DNA of 64,000 nt from Cercozoa sp. M6MM (taxonomy: Eukaryota; Protista; Endomyxa: Ascetosporea): assembly GCA_040357565.1 (NCBI GenBank), contig JBDODJ010000037.1; one strand, 5' to 3'. The notes under the pieces are model-generated. The model made no database searches and was not told where the DNA came from. It saw only the letters and a list, made by a program, of their open reading frames with translations. The position numbers were made by a program, and so were the translations under genes. Shown piece after piece: positions 31,502-44,731 of the stretch (the stretch's first letter is position 1; every line of letters starts with the position of its first letter).

Positions 31502-33649
31502 TTGCCCTGTCGCCCACTGTATGTATCTTACGAGGGTGCACATAGGATTTTGATGGAGTTCTGTGACCGCTCGCTGCTGGATGTGGTGCAAGCCTCGCTG
31601 AAACGCGGCGTCGTTTGGAAGGAAGAGCGGGTGCTCCGCGTCTTCCGTTCCGTTGTCGCTGGTGCGCTACTTGTCCTTTTCCTCTGCCCCCTTAACTCTG
31701 TACTCACTCTGTCACAGGCGTGGCAGCGTTGCACTCGCTTAAACCTCTGCCGCTCGTGCACCGCGACGTCAAAATTGTACCATGCAAACGTACTGTTAGA
31801 CAGTACGTTTCTACCGCTGGCTATGTGGACAGGAGAACGTGCTGTTGGACGCTAAGGGAGCGCCGAAACTGTGTGATTTCGGCAGTTGCATGCGCACGAC
31901 TCGAGAGGTGGATTTACCCCTCCCTCTTTCTTTTCTTTTTACATCGGGTGTCGGATTAACTGCAGGGTGTGGTGTTGCACACGAGGAAGGAGATCAACGA
32001 GCAGGAGGACCAGGTCAACAAGTTTACGACGCCAATGTACCGCGCTCCGGAACTTGTAAACCTGTACTCCAAGAAGGTACCGCCTGCTTATGCCTTTTGT
32101 GTTCATATGTGTGTCCATATGTACGGGACAAATGGATACCTGTAAGCCCAGCCAATTGGAACGCCAGTGGACGTGTGGGCACTCGGCTGCGTTCTCTTTG
32201 TGCTGTGCTTCCATGTGCACCCGTTCGAAGGTGCTTTGTCCTTGCCTTGCCGTTGCCCCCTCTCTAGTTTATATATATATATATATATATATATGGACAA
32301 ACAGAAGGCGGCGCCGCTCAAATCATGGGTGCCAATGTGAGGTAGGCTTTCATGTGTGTATACGTGTGTATGTGCGCGTGTATGTGTGTGTGTGTGTTGT
32401 CTCAATGGTATGAGCTGCTGGTAGGTGGCCCACGGCACCAAAGTTCGGCAAGCATGTGATTCGCACGATTCGTCGGTGTGTGCCTTTTGTCCGGTCCTTC
32501 CCTTGTGGGAATTAACACACGCACACACACTTCACAGTTGTTTGTCGGTGGACCCGCGCAAGCGACCAACGGCAGCCGAGTTGCTGCAGCACCTGGACTC
32601 GGTATCTCTACTTGTCTGCATCTTATTGCCCCTGAACCATGAATTTCTATGGGGTGGGGGATAGTTGTTGAGTGGCGGTGGCGGTACCTTGCGACGACGA
32701 CGTCAGCATGCCGCTCACAATGCCAACAATGCCACAAGCAGCAGTGCTAACCGAAGCACCTCGTGTTTAAACGATCTGACTGCTCCGTCAGTGTCGCGAT
32801 CAGTGTGCCTGTTCTCGTTGTTGGATCCACTTGGGTCTCTTCTTGCATGCATTCTCTTTTATACTACAGGTCGACAGGTGCGTCGGTGGACGGCGATGAT
32901 TGGGCATCCTTCGATACATTAGCCGTGTCTGAGGTGTGTCGACCCCTTTTTGTGTCCATTAGGAGGTGTGCCTGTGGTTGCAGACAACGGCCCGACCGCA
33001 GCAGCCTCTGAGTGCCTCGCCTGACCCCAGCAGTCAAAACGGCCACCTGCGTAGCCACAGTGCCAATGAGCTGCAGAAAAGTACGCCGCCGCCTCCAGAG
33101 ATGCTCCGCAAGCTCGGTGTGTCTGCATGTGCTCTTTCTCCCCCTCTGTCCTATGTGTGTTTGTACTTAGACGAGATGAGTCTGTCACGGCCGAGCAGTA
33201 CACGTCGTCGCCGTCGCTCTATTCAGGTACAACGCGTCTGTTGCGCCGTCTCTGCATCTTGGCTAACACTGCAAGTTTCTCGCAGGGCTCGGCAACCCCG
33301 TCGAATAGGAGTGTTGCCACACCTGTAAGCTCACTCATTGTCTTTGTGTGCTGCCTGTGATTTCCTAGTATCTGATCTCAATCACAGACACCAGCACAGA
33401 CACAGTCGGATGGTTGGGCTGACTTTGGCTTCGACACCGAGACCAGCGACCAGCACCTGCAACACCACGCGCGTGCACGGTCACAACCATCGACACCTGC
33501 CGCGCATGTACACTTCCTCGTTTGGATGGGACGCATCAGGCGTGTGTCCTGTACAGGCGGCGCATTTCTCTATCTTGTAGAGTCCGCTGCCGCTGCACGC
33601 GGCTACGGGGCCGCGTGTCAACGTTGATGACTGGGCTTCTTTCGATTGA
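30795..33649 (+). CDS. NAK-family (AAK1/GAK/Ark-Prk-like) Ser/Thr kinase with low-complexity tail, multi-exon
   Basis: IGEGGFSFVY; YALKK; ILMEFC; PLVHRDVKIENVLL; KLCDFGS; FTTPMYRAPELVNLY; VDVWALGCVLFVLCFHVHPFE. Tail carries DDWASFD/DGWADF motifs. Confidence 0.9.
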
Positions 33650-34037
33650 ACAGCCCCGCCTTTGATTTGTGCTTTCACGCCGCTTTTTCTGTGCTAGTAA
33701 TTGCAGTGACGGCGGTGCAGTTTATCAATGTAAAAAAACAATGCAGTGCGCCTCAAGCCCGACGCGAGACGCAAAATCCATTATACTATTTCAGTATTAT
33801 CTCAGTTGTTCTATGTTTATGGCGATATTATCTCAGTTGTTCTATGACATCGCGCAAGGTAAATTTATGAATGATGATTTTTTAAAAAACCACAACAATC
33901 GTAGCCAGCTGCCAAACAAGGCACGACAAGCCCTCTAGAACACGTCCACGTGTGTTGTAGTGTCATTTAGGCATTTTAAGTGCTGTAGAAGGTCGTGAAA
34001 AGACTTGTCTAGGGTCGACTGTTGGAGCACTTTTTGG

Positions 34038-35743
34038 ATGGAAGATCTCAAGCGCTTGGTCGCGTCCAAGAAGAACGCGCAGAAGCGTACTTGGCGACAG
34101 GCGTCGGCAACCGATCGAGCTGAGCGCACCTCAACTGAGAGCGCGCCGTTCGATGTGCCAAGACCGAAGCGACGTGAGACGGGTGGTGCGTCGAGTCGCC
34201 GCGACCTCTCGAGTGCTTCGTCATCGCGTTCCGCGCAGAGCTCGCGCAGCGCACGCCGAGCCGCTGCGAGTGAAAGCGAAAGCGAGCAAAACAAGGAACA
34301 TCAAGAGAACGAGACCACCTCTATGCAGGGCAGCGAAGACACTGCCGTTGGCATGACACCCGAAGAAGTGACGTCCAAGTTGCGCGAGGTAGAAAGTCGT
34401 TTGTTCCCTGTGATTATTGTTGTGTTCATTTGTTGTTGTGCTGCAAAGTTGAGTCAACCAGTGCGCTTGTTTGCCGAGACCGAGCGCGGGCGGTGGTACC
34501 GTCTGCACCGCGTGCTGCGCGGTGATTTCTCGGCGGCCGCTGCACAGCAGAGTGACGCCGAGTACTTGCGTGCCACGCGCGACTCTGCCGCCAAGAAGTG
34601 CGTTTCTCCTCTTTGTCACTCTTTGCCTCGCATCACCTTTTACCCCCTCCCCCTATCTATTAGGGAAGCAGCTGCGCGCGAGAAGAAGCGCCGTTCCGTC
34701 AAGCGCATGCGCAAGTACGTCGCCTGGAGGTCTCGTGACGCTGTTCGCACCACTGCTGATTACGTATGTTGCGATTTCACTCTCTCGTCGCTCTTTCCCT
34801 CTTGACTTCTCTTTATTTCAACGCAGGTGCACTTCTTTATCAAGCGCGTCTTGCTCTTCTGGCAACTCGAACTCGCGCACGAAGCGCAGAAGGTAGCTTT
34901 CCGAGACTTGTCATATATACCTTGCTTGCTGTGTACTTTGAACTGACCCTCTTTCTTCTTGTACGTTTTAATGAATTGTGTGTGATTTCACTGTAGCACG
35001 TCGTTGCCGCTGCTGGCGATATCGAGGTAGTTTCTTTTTGACTGCGACGTTTATCTCTGAGCTTTTAACAAGCAAAATGGTGTATGTGTATGCGCAGTCG
35101 GTTGTGCTGCCGGAGGAACTGCGTCAGTCGCATGCGATGTGGAGTGAGACTCGGCGTGACCTGAGACCCTTCGTTCGTGATCTGTACTGCTTGTTGCTTT
35201 CTGTCCTACTTCAAGAAGTAGCATTACGTTCACGTGCACTCTGTGAGACAGAATGGATCGAACAATGGACGACACGATTGTGAAGAAGGCGGCTGTCGTT
35301 ATCGACCACTGCATCAAGCAGGATTACGTGGCTGCAGAGGTATACACCTGGTCCTACCATACCCGTTTTTCTGTAATGTATGTTACACGATTCCAGCAAG
35401 CGTACTTTGATCTGTCGATCGGCCGTTCCAACTGGGCGCAAGGTGTGACACAGGTGAGACTTTCTCCAGATGATAATGTTGCCTTGATTCGTGCTTTTTT
35501 CTGCATGTTTTGCGCTTGTTCAGGTCGGTATCCATATCCGTGCGAGTCGAAACCGCGTTATGGAGTCAAACCTCAAGAATCCCATGGATGATCCTGTGAT
35601 GCGAAGGTAAGATGCGGTCTCATTGACAGTCGGCAGATGGAACTGAGTTGACTTTTTGCAGAGCAACGCAGGCCATTAAGACGCTCGTGTCCACGTGTCA
35701 ACGAATGTGGCCCAAGGGCTGCCATGACGTTTCGGAGAATTGA
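34038..35743 (+). CDS. PRP18: Pre-mRNA splicing factor 18 (SFM/PRP4-like motif plus Prp18 domain)
   Basis: EVTSKLRE|LSQPVRLFAETERGRWYRL (SFM motif); ETRRDLRPF; YFDLSIGRSNWAQGVTQ|VGIHIRASR; MDDPVMRR|ATQAIKTLVSTCQRMWP. Confidence 0.85.
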
Positions 35744-36118
35744 CGTGACTTCCTCGGTCTCAACTGATCTGCGCTGACGGACAAGGCGTCGACGCGAGTC
35801 GTTCACGTTGGTTAACGTTCAGTTCCGTTTGGTGGTTGCACGCCGAGCCCAGCCCAAATTAAGCAGCCAAACCGCCACATAACCAAACCTAGTGTAACCG
35901 TCGATATGTTTCGTGTGTTCGAGCTACTGTCTTGCGTTGCACTGTGATACTAAAAGAAATTCGACAAATACGATAGGACTCCTTGGCGGCCCCAGACACA
36001 CACTTGACTTATTCAAGAGCACTACGGCGGGCCAGTCACTTAATCAACTACGGTTCTGTTGCTGTGTTGCTGCTATACATAGCACAATCCATAAGGCCAC
36101 TTTAAGTACGAGTAGAAT

Positions 36119-37124
36119 TTAAAGCAGGCGGTGGATGGCCTCGTCGCGCTGCAGGCTGCCCGAAGTGACCTCTGCGAGCTTGTCCCAGTGCGGGAACAGG
36201 AAGTTCTTCATGATCAGGCGGAACCACGGCGTAATTTTGAGCTCGCCGTGCTTGCCGGCCTCGACATCGTCGACGAAAGCCACGAGCTCGTCCTTGGAGA
36301 AGTAGCGCGCGTCCATGACCTCGTTCGGGTTCGGCTTAAACTGCACGTCGGCTTGGATGAACAGCACGTAGTCGACTGCGCAAACACATAACCACATCGG
36401 ATGTAACACAGGCTCAGTCAACAGCGAGCTAGACTACTCTCGTGCTCCGACCAGGTCTCGTCCTGCACAGCCTTGTAGTGCAGGCGCGTCTGCAAGAGGG
36501 CAGTCATAAGCCAAAGAAGGCAGGTGGAGTGGAAGCGGCAGTACGATAAAGTGGAAGTCGTTGTTGCTAAAGGTGTCAGCCGGGATGCCGAGCTCCTGCT
36601 CGAGCTTGCGACGCGCAGCGTTTTTGACACCCTGCGCACTCAAAACCACAATTGTTGAAGGCAATGCAGCAAGAGGGACAAAATTTACCTCAATCTTCTG
36701 GTCGAGATCGTCGGAAGTCTCCTCCTCGCCCGGCAGGTTGAGCGGGTGCGAGCAGCACGTGTTGGTCCACATGCCCGGGAACGTGATCTTCTCGAGCGCA
36801 CGCTGCTGCAGCGACAGGCGGCCCTCGTTGTCAAACAGGAAAACCGAGAACGCGCGGTGCAGCAGGCCTGTAACCGGGCAACACCAGACACATCCGACAT
36901 CCGACATGGAATTATGCGCCAAAAGGGAGAAATGTCTACCGTTGTTGATCGCGCTGGTCTGGTGTGTGTCCTTCTTGGAGCCGTGGCCGATCTTGGTGTC
37001 GTTCTCGTCAATGACGATCACCTGCCAAAAGCGAAAGCGCGACATCCACATCCCGAAGAAACGACCCAGTGTTTCGTACCTTCTCCTCCATCATGGCCAC
37101 CTGGTCCGGATCGTACTGCTCCAT
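36119..37124 (-). CDS. IDI1: Isopentenyl-diphosphate delta-isomerase type 1, 6 exons
   Basis: LLHRAFSVFLFD; LQQRALEKITFPGMWTNTCCSHPL; AARRKLEQELGI; WSEHEIDYVLFI; PNPNEV; ITPWF. Confidence 0.96.
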
Positions 37125-37437
37125 TATAACACTGTCTTCAATAACACTACTGCACCGCGTGCGCGTCAGATTTGAGAGACAAAAGACTCAGTGACGTCTC
37201 GCGTCGTCGCTCCAGCTCATCCTCAAAATATTAAAAAATCCTGTTGAAGGCGTCTTATCGGGTTTAAAAAGTCTTTCCGTTGTGATAGTTAAGTCTAAGC
37301 ATGTTTTTACGCTGCCGGAGTTATCTTATTGCGATTCCAAAACAATAAAAGAGAAGATGATGATCAAGCCCCCACGAAGATCACGATCGCATCGCAACAA
37401 GCTGCTGTTTGTCAATAGTTAGTGTGCCTCTCAAACT

Positions 37438-39440
37438 ATGAAGCTGCTTGCTGGCCTATGCGCCGCCGCTGTGGCTGTTAGTGCTTGGTTCAATTTTCTT
37501 ATTTTTTCTTCTTTTTTGTGGCAGCGAACGAGGTATTCTCTTGTAGCACCGAATTGCGCATTGTGTCGAAAGACAACACACCTGTCCTTGGGCGCACCTT
37601 GGTAAGCTTTATGTGTGCTTAAACGAGCGACAATACGATTGTAACGTGCAGGATTTTGCTGTGGAACTCGAATCGCAAGTGGTGACGCATCCGCGTGGAC
37701 GCGTCACCCAGTTCGCGTACAATGGTGAGCCGGCCATGAAGGTTAACAACGAATACGGTTACGTCTATGTCAACGGTGCCTATCTCGACGTTGTCGTTGA
37801 CGGCATCAATGAGAAGGGTACCTTTGCGCTGTGTATCTACCGGGATGTGCATGGCGTCGCCCGATTGAGTTTGTACAGGCCTCTCGTTCGCCGCACTGTA
37901 TTTCCGCAACTACGCGAGTTTTAAGACGGAAGTTGAAAATCTCGGTACGTCCATGTGTTTTCTGTGTGGATCCTGACTAATTCACGTTGCGCTACAGAGA
38001 AGGCCGTGCCGCACTACATGATTGGACATGTCGTTCTTGGCAAGTGCGCCACTGCCAAGGTATACTGTCTGTCTGTGTCTGTGTCTGTGTCTGTGTCTGT
38101 GTCTGTGTCTGTGCCTGTGTTGTGCACTGTGCAAGAATTTAAATTTAAAACACAAACAGGAAGCACGCAAGGTGCTGGAGGAGCAGATCGAAATCTTCGG
38201 CGGCCGTTTGCCGTTCACTGCTGCCACCGAAGCTGCCGGCATGGCTGTAGCGTGTGTTCTTATGGCGGTGATGTGGGTGTTGCATGTGTGCTGTGTTTTG
38301 CGTCAACCTGAGAGTATGAAAATGGCATTGGGCAGAACTACGTGTTGCCGTTGCACTTTTCGATCCAAGACGCTTCAGGCGATGCCTTTGTCATGGAGAT
38401 TGTCGAGAACGGCACGATCAAGTTCCACCAGAACAAGTATGTTCCCATGTCTCTGTGTCTTCCTTCATGTTTTCCTTTCTTTCGCGTTTCTTCTGTTGTT
38501 TTACTGTCGTTGCTCTGCCTTCAGGGTGGGCGTGATGACCAACTCGCCCACGTACGACTGGCACATGGCGAACCTCGCCAACTACGCCAACTTGCGACCG
38601 CATAACGCCGTTCCTGTCGAGTACAATGGGTACCCGCTTGCTTTGCACACATACATAATTTCTCTGTTTTAACATTTAATAGACTGTGTGTATCTATGGA
38701 ACAGACACCGCATGGTCCCGCACAGCCAAGGCAGTGGCATGCACGGTTTGCCGGTACCTGCTTTTATGTGCTTTGATGTCTTTGATATCTTGCACATGTA
38801 CACAGGGTGACACGACATCGGCGTCGCGTTTCGTTCGCACCACGGCGGGTGTCATGCTTGGTACGTGCTCACAGTGTACCTATGTGCACGTGTATGACGT
38901 CATATCGCAGCTGGCAAGGCTAAAACCTCGAAGGAGGCCGTTTTGGCAGCCATCCATATTGTACCAAGCATCTCATGTGTAGCTCATGCACACTCGCATC
39001 TATTAGTATGCAACGTAGTTGAAAACAGTTGACATTCCGTACGGTCTTGTGCGTGCCGAGGACAACCACGTCGACTACACTCGTGCTTTGTGTTTATTGT
39101 CTCGAACCTCCTTTCTCTGTTTTTTAACCTTGTCTTTGTAGAGTGGGCCGTGGTCCGTGTGCTCAAGGACAACGCCGAGTCCATGCTCTTCATGCGTGAC
39201 TACAGCAACCCCAACTTCCGCGCCGTCGACCTGTCGCAGCTTAACTTCACTGAAGGGTACTGTACCCGCTGTTTCCCTTGTTCCCTTGCCCTATGTTTTT
39301 CTCCATTTAGTGCCGAGGTCATGCGTATGCCGCTGCACACCGGCAGTTTTTCATACACGGACATGTCGAGCCACTTGGCGCCTCCGTCCGTCAACAGCGA
39401 CGGCGGTGATTCTGAGCCTGCCAACAAGGACGAGTTGTAG
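37438..39440 (+). CDS. Choloylglycine hydrolase / penicillin V acylase family Ntn hydrolase with signal peptide and C-terminal KDEL, ~13 introns
   Basis: MKLLAGLCAAAVAVSA-CTELRIVSKDNTPVLGRTLDF; DGINEKGL; PLHFSIQDASGDAFVMEI; VGVMTNSPTYDWHMANLANY; GSGMHGLPGDTTSASRFVR; VDIPYG; DYTQW. Ends KDEL*. Confidence 0.9.
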
Positions 39441-40056
39441 ACGTCGACCTGGGGCCAGTCTTCTCGAACTAAAACTGCCACATGACAACACCACCAGGTT
39501 CAAATTTCGGTGAGTGTGGCACTACGATTTGGTGCATCACATGTTACCGCAGCCCTCTCAGATAGGGATCAGGCCTTGGTAAATTGAGGGTACTTTCGTT
39601 TGCCAGTGATACAAAAAACTAAAAAGGAACGCAAGAAAGTCTGTTCTTGGAGGTAGAGTGGCCAAGTGTCGGCGCCGGTGGCAGTGCCAGACCGTCAATA
39701 TGCACGTGCACACTGTCCGTCTCTGCTTCTTGTTCTTCTGTCTGCTTCGACTGTACATGTGTCGTCGACAGTGTCACCACACCTCTCTTGAGGATTTTTG
39801 TAAGTTCGATTGTAGGGTTGCTTCCGCGCGGATACAGTAGCTCATGCTGTAACACACATCTTGCCGTTGCGTACGAAGTAGCCAAACAAGGGAGCGAAAC
39901 TTAACTTAACTGAACAAAACAATGTCGGCTGATGGATATCGATCATGATGAACGAACTGAACGTGAACGGGACAGGCGACTGGGGGTTTGCGCGATGCAC
40001 GCTGGGCAACTGCGCAGGACTGGCCCTAGGAAAAACGCAAAACTGATCCAACGAAA

Positions 40057-40292
40057 TCAGTCGGAATCAGAGTCGTCCTTCTTTTCTTCTTCGACGGGAA
40101 CCGACTCACCCAAGCCCGTGTCATGCGGGGTGTTCACCTGCTCGTCAGTCTGTTTGGCCATAAGACAACGTGTGTGTGTGTGTGTGTGTGTGNNNNNNNN
40201 NNNNNNNNNNNNNNNNNNNNNNNNNNNNNNNNNNNNNNNNNNNNNNNNNNNNNNNNNNNNNNNNNNNNNNNNNNNNNNNNNNNNNNNNNNNN

Positions 40293-40341
<49 letters not shown>

Positions 40342-40531
40342 GATACACGACGTTTGTTGCAGCCAACAATGAGAATCATACAATGATGCGCACAAGGCGC
40401 TCCTTGCTCATGCAGAGGAGTTCTTCTCTTGACCAGCTGGCGTGACGACGGGAAACATCGTGAACACCTGTCGTCGCTACAAAGGAACACTCATTTGCTC
40501 GTGCCCCGTCGTTCTCAGAGCCTCTCATCAT
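40057..40531 (-). CDS. Possible small hypothetical multi-exon protein
   Basis: Short exon-like segments (SWSREELLCMSKERLVRI; TDEQVNTPHDTGLGESVPVEEEKKDDSDSD*) separated by introns, one with a microsatellite and gap. Confidence 0.3.
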
Positions 40532-40782
40532 CCTTTTGGCGGGATATGGTGCCGATCGGTGTGTCTCTTGCCCTGCTTTGCTGTGCATCTTGCCAAGGAG
40601 GTGGTACTGTACGCTGTACCGGAGATTTGTCCTTTCAAGTAGTACAGTACTGCTGGTACAGTAAAGAGCGAAGATGATTATTGTACAGTACGGTCCAAAA
40701 AGATGAAATCATTGTACCAGGGTTAAAGCTCTGGCGTCTCGCTTGTGGTTTCCCGCATACGCAGGCTTGTGCACAGGCAGAC

Positions 40783-42159
40783 ATGTTGCTGTCAGTGCTG
40801 CTTGTGCTGGCGATCAGCACGGCGTGCACTCTAGGCACCCAATCAGGCCTGCCGCCATCTTTTGCTCAGGTGTGTGTAGGCGTTTCTAAAGTGTACAGCG
40901 GTGTGTGCTCCTGTGTACAGCTTTTCGAACAACCTTGACTGATCTCTTGAGAGTCTGGTTGACACTCTTGACAACACATTAAATGTTTCCTCTCAGAAAG
41001 CCGCGGCCGAGCGTGATTGGTGGTTTCAGCGAACACAGGTAGCCTCCACAGAGCCAAGAAACATGCAATTTATTACCTATCGCGTCCGCGCTGTTAACAG
41101 AAGTCCAAGAACGGTGTCGTCCGTCTGTCGGAGCAAGATTTTGACCGACTTAGCGTCGCACCGAGGTGCGTTGGGTCCTCTTGCGCTAGTTTCGCCGACA
41201 AGTGTCTCGTTCTCAAAACCTGTGTCCCCGCAGGGAATTTGACGTTTTATTGTCGCTGACGTGGCTCGAGTCACAATGCAGCGCCTGTCTTCAGACACAG
41301 GACGACTTCCTTGTAACGCGCCTAATAACAACTCGTGTGCGTGCTGATTTGTGTGTGTGTCACTGTGCCAAAGGCACTAGGTGAGTCAAACCGCAAACAG
41401 CTCGAATCGAAAGAAACGGCGTCTCTCTTTGTCGCACAGGTCTCTTCGCTTGTTTGTTGATTCACGCATGTGCCGCACGTTTGCACAAGCTTCCGCGGGC
41501 ATGCAGGTGGACTTGTCCAAGAACCACGGTTTGTTCCGCGCACTGAAAATAACCTCGGCGCCACTTTATGTCGTGGTATTGCTATTCTGTGTATTCACAT
41601 GTACACATGGTATCTTGCGAATGCACTCGGCTGTGTAGGTTAAACAAAATCGCGCGCTTTCGGTGTCGTTGAAGCAGAAGAAACTCGCGAATTTCTTGCA
41701 GTGGAAAACCGTGATTCCGATCACACTCACCGTACCTGCTTTTGTACTTTGCCGAGTTGTACTTGATGCGATCTTCAATTAGACTCAAGGTGAGGACGCG
41801 CTCGGAAAAGACCTGGTGCCACGGGTCAAGGCCATCACGGGTGTGCAATTGTCGCTTGCTTCCTCACCTCGCTTCGCACGTGTACTGCTCTCATTTCAGA
41901 CGCGACCACGCACGTTTAACCATGTTTTGGTTCGAGGTAGATGGCGAGCGAGAAGCGCCAGCGATTGCTCATTTACGCCGTGACGGGTACCGCCGTATTC
42001 GTCTTGTTCTGGCGCTTCCTGCGACATGTGCGCTGGCTTTACTGCGCCGCTGCTTTGGCGGTCTACTTCCTGCTCATTTCGGGACACATGTTCAACTTGT
42101 ACGCCGCGTTCTCCTACTCTCTCTGTCTGTGTGTGTATGTGTGTGTGTATGTGTGTGTG

Positions 42160-42231
<72 letters not shown>

Positions 42232-42935
42232 AGAATCAGGGAGACAGGAGAAATGCACGGAGCTCAGTGGTGGGCACCTGGTGCCAGGTACCCTGGACTT
42301 GCGTTCCCATGTCCATTTCACTTGTGTGAGTCATTTTCTGTATTCAAAGGGCTCAAACAAAATCCGAGAGTGCGGCTGGTAGTTTCTTTTTCTTATCCAA
42401 ACAAATATGCTTAATTTATAATGGTGAAACAACAGTGAGGCTGTATACCGCAACGGCCATGTTCTCCGTTGCTCTGTTGGTGTTGGTACTTTCCGTGCCT
42501 ATGCTATTATTAAAGGTTGTCATCAGTTATCTGCCTGGGGTTTGGCAGATTCGCCGTGGCACAAGCTACGTGACCAAGCAGCAACTCCACGTAGCTCCCG
42601 CCGGAGTGGCTACTGCGTTGCAGACAATACTGCCGCCGTTGTGCCTCATCGCTTTCGCTTGGGCCGTGCGACAGGTGATTTCTTTTTCTCAGCAAAGTGG
42701 TCGCTGTAATGGACACTGTCGGTTGACTCGATTTCCACGTTAATCTAGCTGTTCGGCCTGTATGCACACAAGCAACCTGGATGGAACCACGGTTTCCAGG
42801 TGCGTACTCGATTTCGATTCGTTGAATTGTTTTTGCCTCATTTGTATGTAAGCTTTCGTCTTGAATTTTCAGGGTTTCATGCTGCATCTGCGGCCTTTCT
42901 TCCCTCGCATACTGTTGGAAGCGACGGGGTTCTAA
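40783..42935 (+). CDS. OST3/OST6 (TUSC3/MAGT1-like) oligosaccharyltransferase subunit, multi-exon
   Basis: Signal peptide MLLSVLLVLAISTACTLG. Thioredoxin-like VDLSKNHGLFRALKITSAP. TM region ending AVYFLLISGHMFNLIR (family SG.M.N.IR). Further TM helices and C-terminal LYAHKQPGW. Confidence 0.6.
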
Positions 42936-43078
42936 CTGAACGTTGGCTCGATGCGAGGCCTCGGCGGTTTGCTTAACATATCGTATGATGTGATATGCAT
43001 TTCGTTCGCCGGCGCGCGGCGGCCATGCTGGCTCACCGCTGCCGTTACGTCGCGTTTCGTTAAGCGCGCAAGCGAAGC

Positions 43079-44681
43079 TTAGAGTTTTTTGGTGACCCAT
43101 CGCTTTAAGATACCCAGACGTGTGCATACACTGCAAGGAAGCGCTATAGCAGCCGAGTAGAGTGATAGGCAGCACGAACTGACCTGAAACGCAATAAGCC
43201 GATAAGATAGTACCCGACATGAGAAAAATGGACTTAGAAGCATACGTGATAGATACGATACAAGAGGAAATCCCAGATGAAACTGAGACAGGACAGAAAA
43301 TAATAAAAGAACTGTACGATCGCGCAGAGACAAACCAACCCCAGGACTGGTACTGGGAAACTACAGAGTTGGTTCTTTGTAGACTGAACTAACTGAATCG
43401 CCGAACGTTATATACTGGATGTACACATGGATGTATAAAAGCCGGCCGTTGGTCTTGGTGCGGTGGCAAGATGCTGGCTGGCGTCCAGCACTAAAAAGAA
43501 GCTGAACTGGGGAGTAAAATGCAATTTGCTGGGAATCTGAGGCACTATAATACTGACAAGATAAAGGTAGCCGCCGCAGCTCAAGTTTCGTCCGTCCACG
43601 CGATAGATACGCGACGCGAACGTCACTCACCTTTCCTTCAATTGAACTGATCGTACGTGAATGCAAGTCGATTATCGGATGTATCGTCCGATACTTCAGT
43701 TGTTTTGCAACAGAACTTGCCAGTTTAATAAGATTTACATACATACTGACGCTCCACCGTGCGGCCTCTCGCGATTGTCTGTTAGTCAAAACGAGGCACG
43801 TTGAACGCGAGGAGGTGCTTGCGAAGCCTACGGCTGCCGGCGGCTGCAGAGTGTACAGCGCAATCGGGTTTGGGAAAAGCAGAAGCTCCATTTTACACTT
43901 AGCTTGTAAACTAAGAATTACCGGTGTCGAGTGAGCTTGTCGAGTTACCTGCACAATGCCGGTGTGTAGAAAGTGTATGCTTCGCCATTCACACAAAATA
44001 ACTGTCGGTGAACTGCACGCAGGATACCGCCGATTCGATGACAATGTGAGCGAGGAGAGAAAAGTGGGTTGAGAGAGCGATGACACGCATAAGCAGCGTC
44101 CTTGCCGACGAAGCAGTCTCGAAAGTTCCCGCAGCGCAGCACAGCCGCCTTCGCCTGTGCGTCTGCATGAAACAAAACGTCTTCGCTCGTGTTGGACAGC
44201 AGGATCTGGACCACCAAGGAGGTCGTTTGGCGATAGGTGCAATGTCACGAGTGGTGTTTCGCCCGGCATGCATACTCTTCGCTCGATTCCACATGAGCAA
44301 GCTCGTCTTGGTCTGCACAGCGAACCTCGTCGCGTTTACATACAGTTTCAGCCACTGAGTTTAACAAACTTACGTGCAGCACAAGCAGCATGCCCGTGTT
44401 TGAACAAGCTACGAACGTTCTCATTTTACTGATGAGGTTGGTTCAGGAAGCATTTGTACCCCGTTGAGCTCACTGGGAGACACGACGCGACTCAGCTTGG
44501 CTTTCGCGTAGCGCAGCAACTGGAGTGCCTGTTCGCAAGAAATGCAATACGAGGAGTCACAACAGCAGTGCTCGTATTCTGTCTTGTTACAGCAATGTGC
44601 GAGGAGTGCATGCTCAAGGGGTAGTCGCAGTCAATGTCTCGCTCGCTTCCTCGAGCGTACTCGTGCCCGCGTACGATGGCA

Positions 44682-44731
<50 letters not shown>

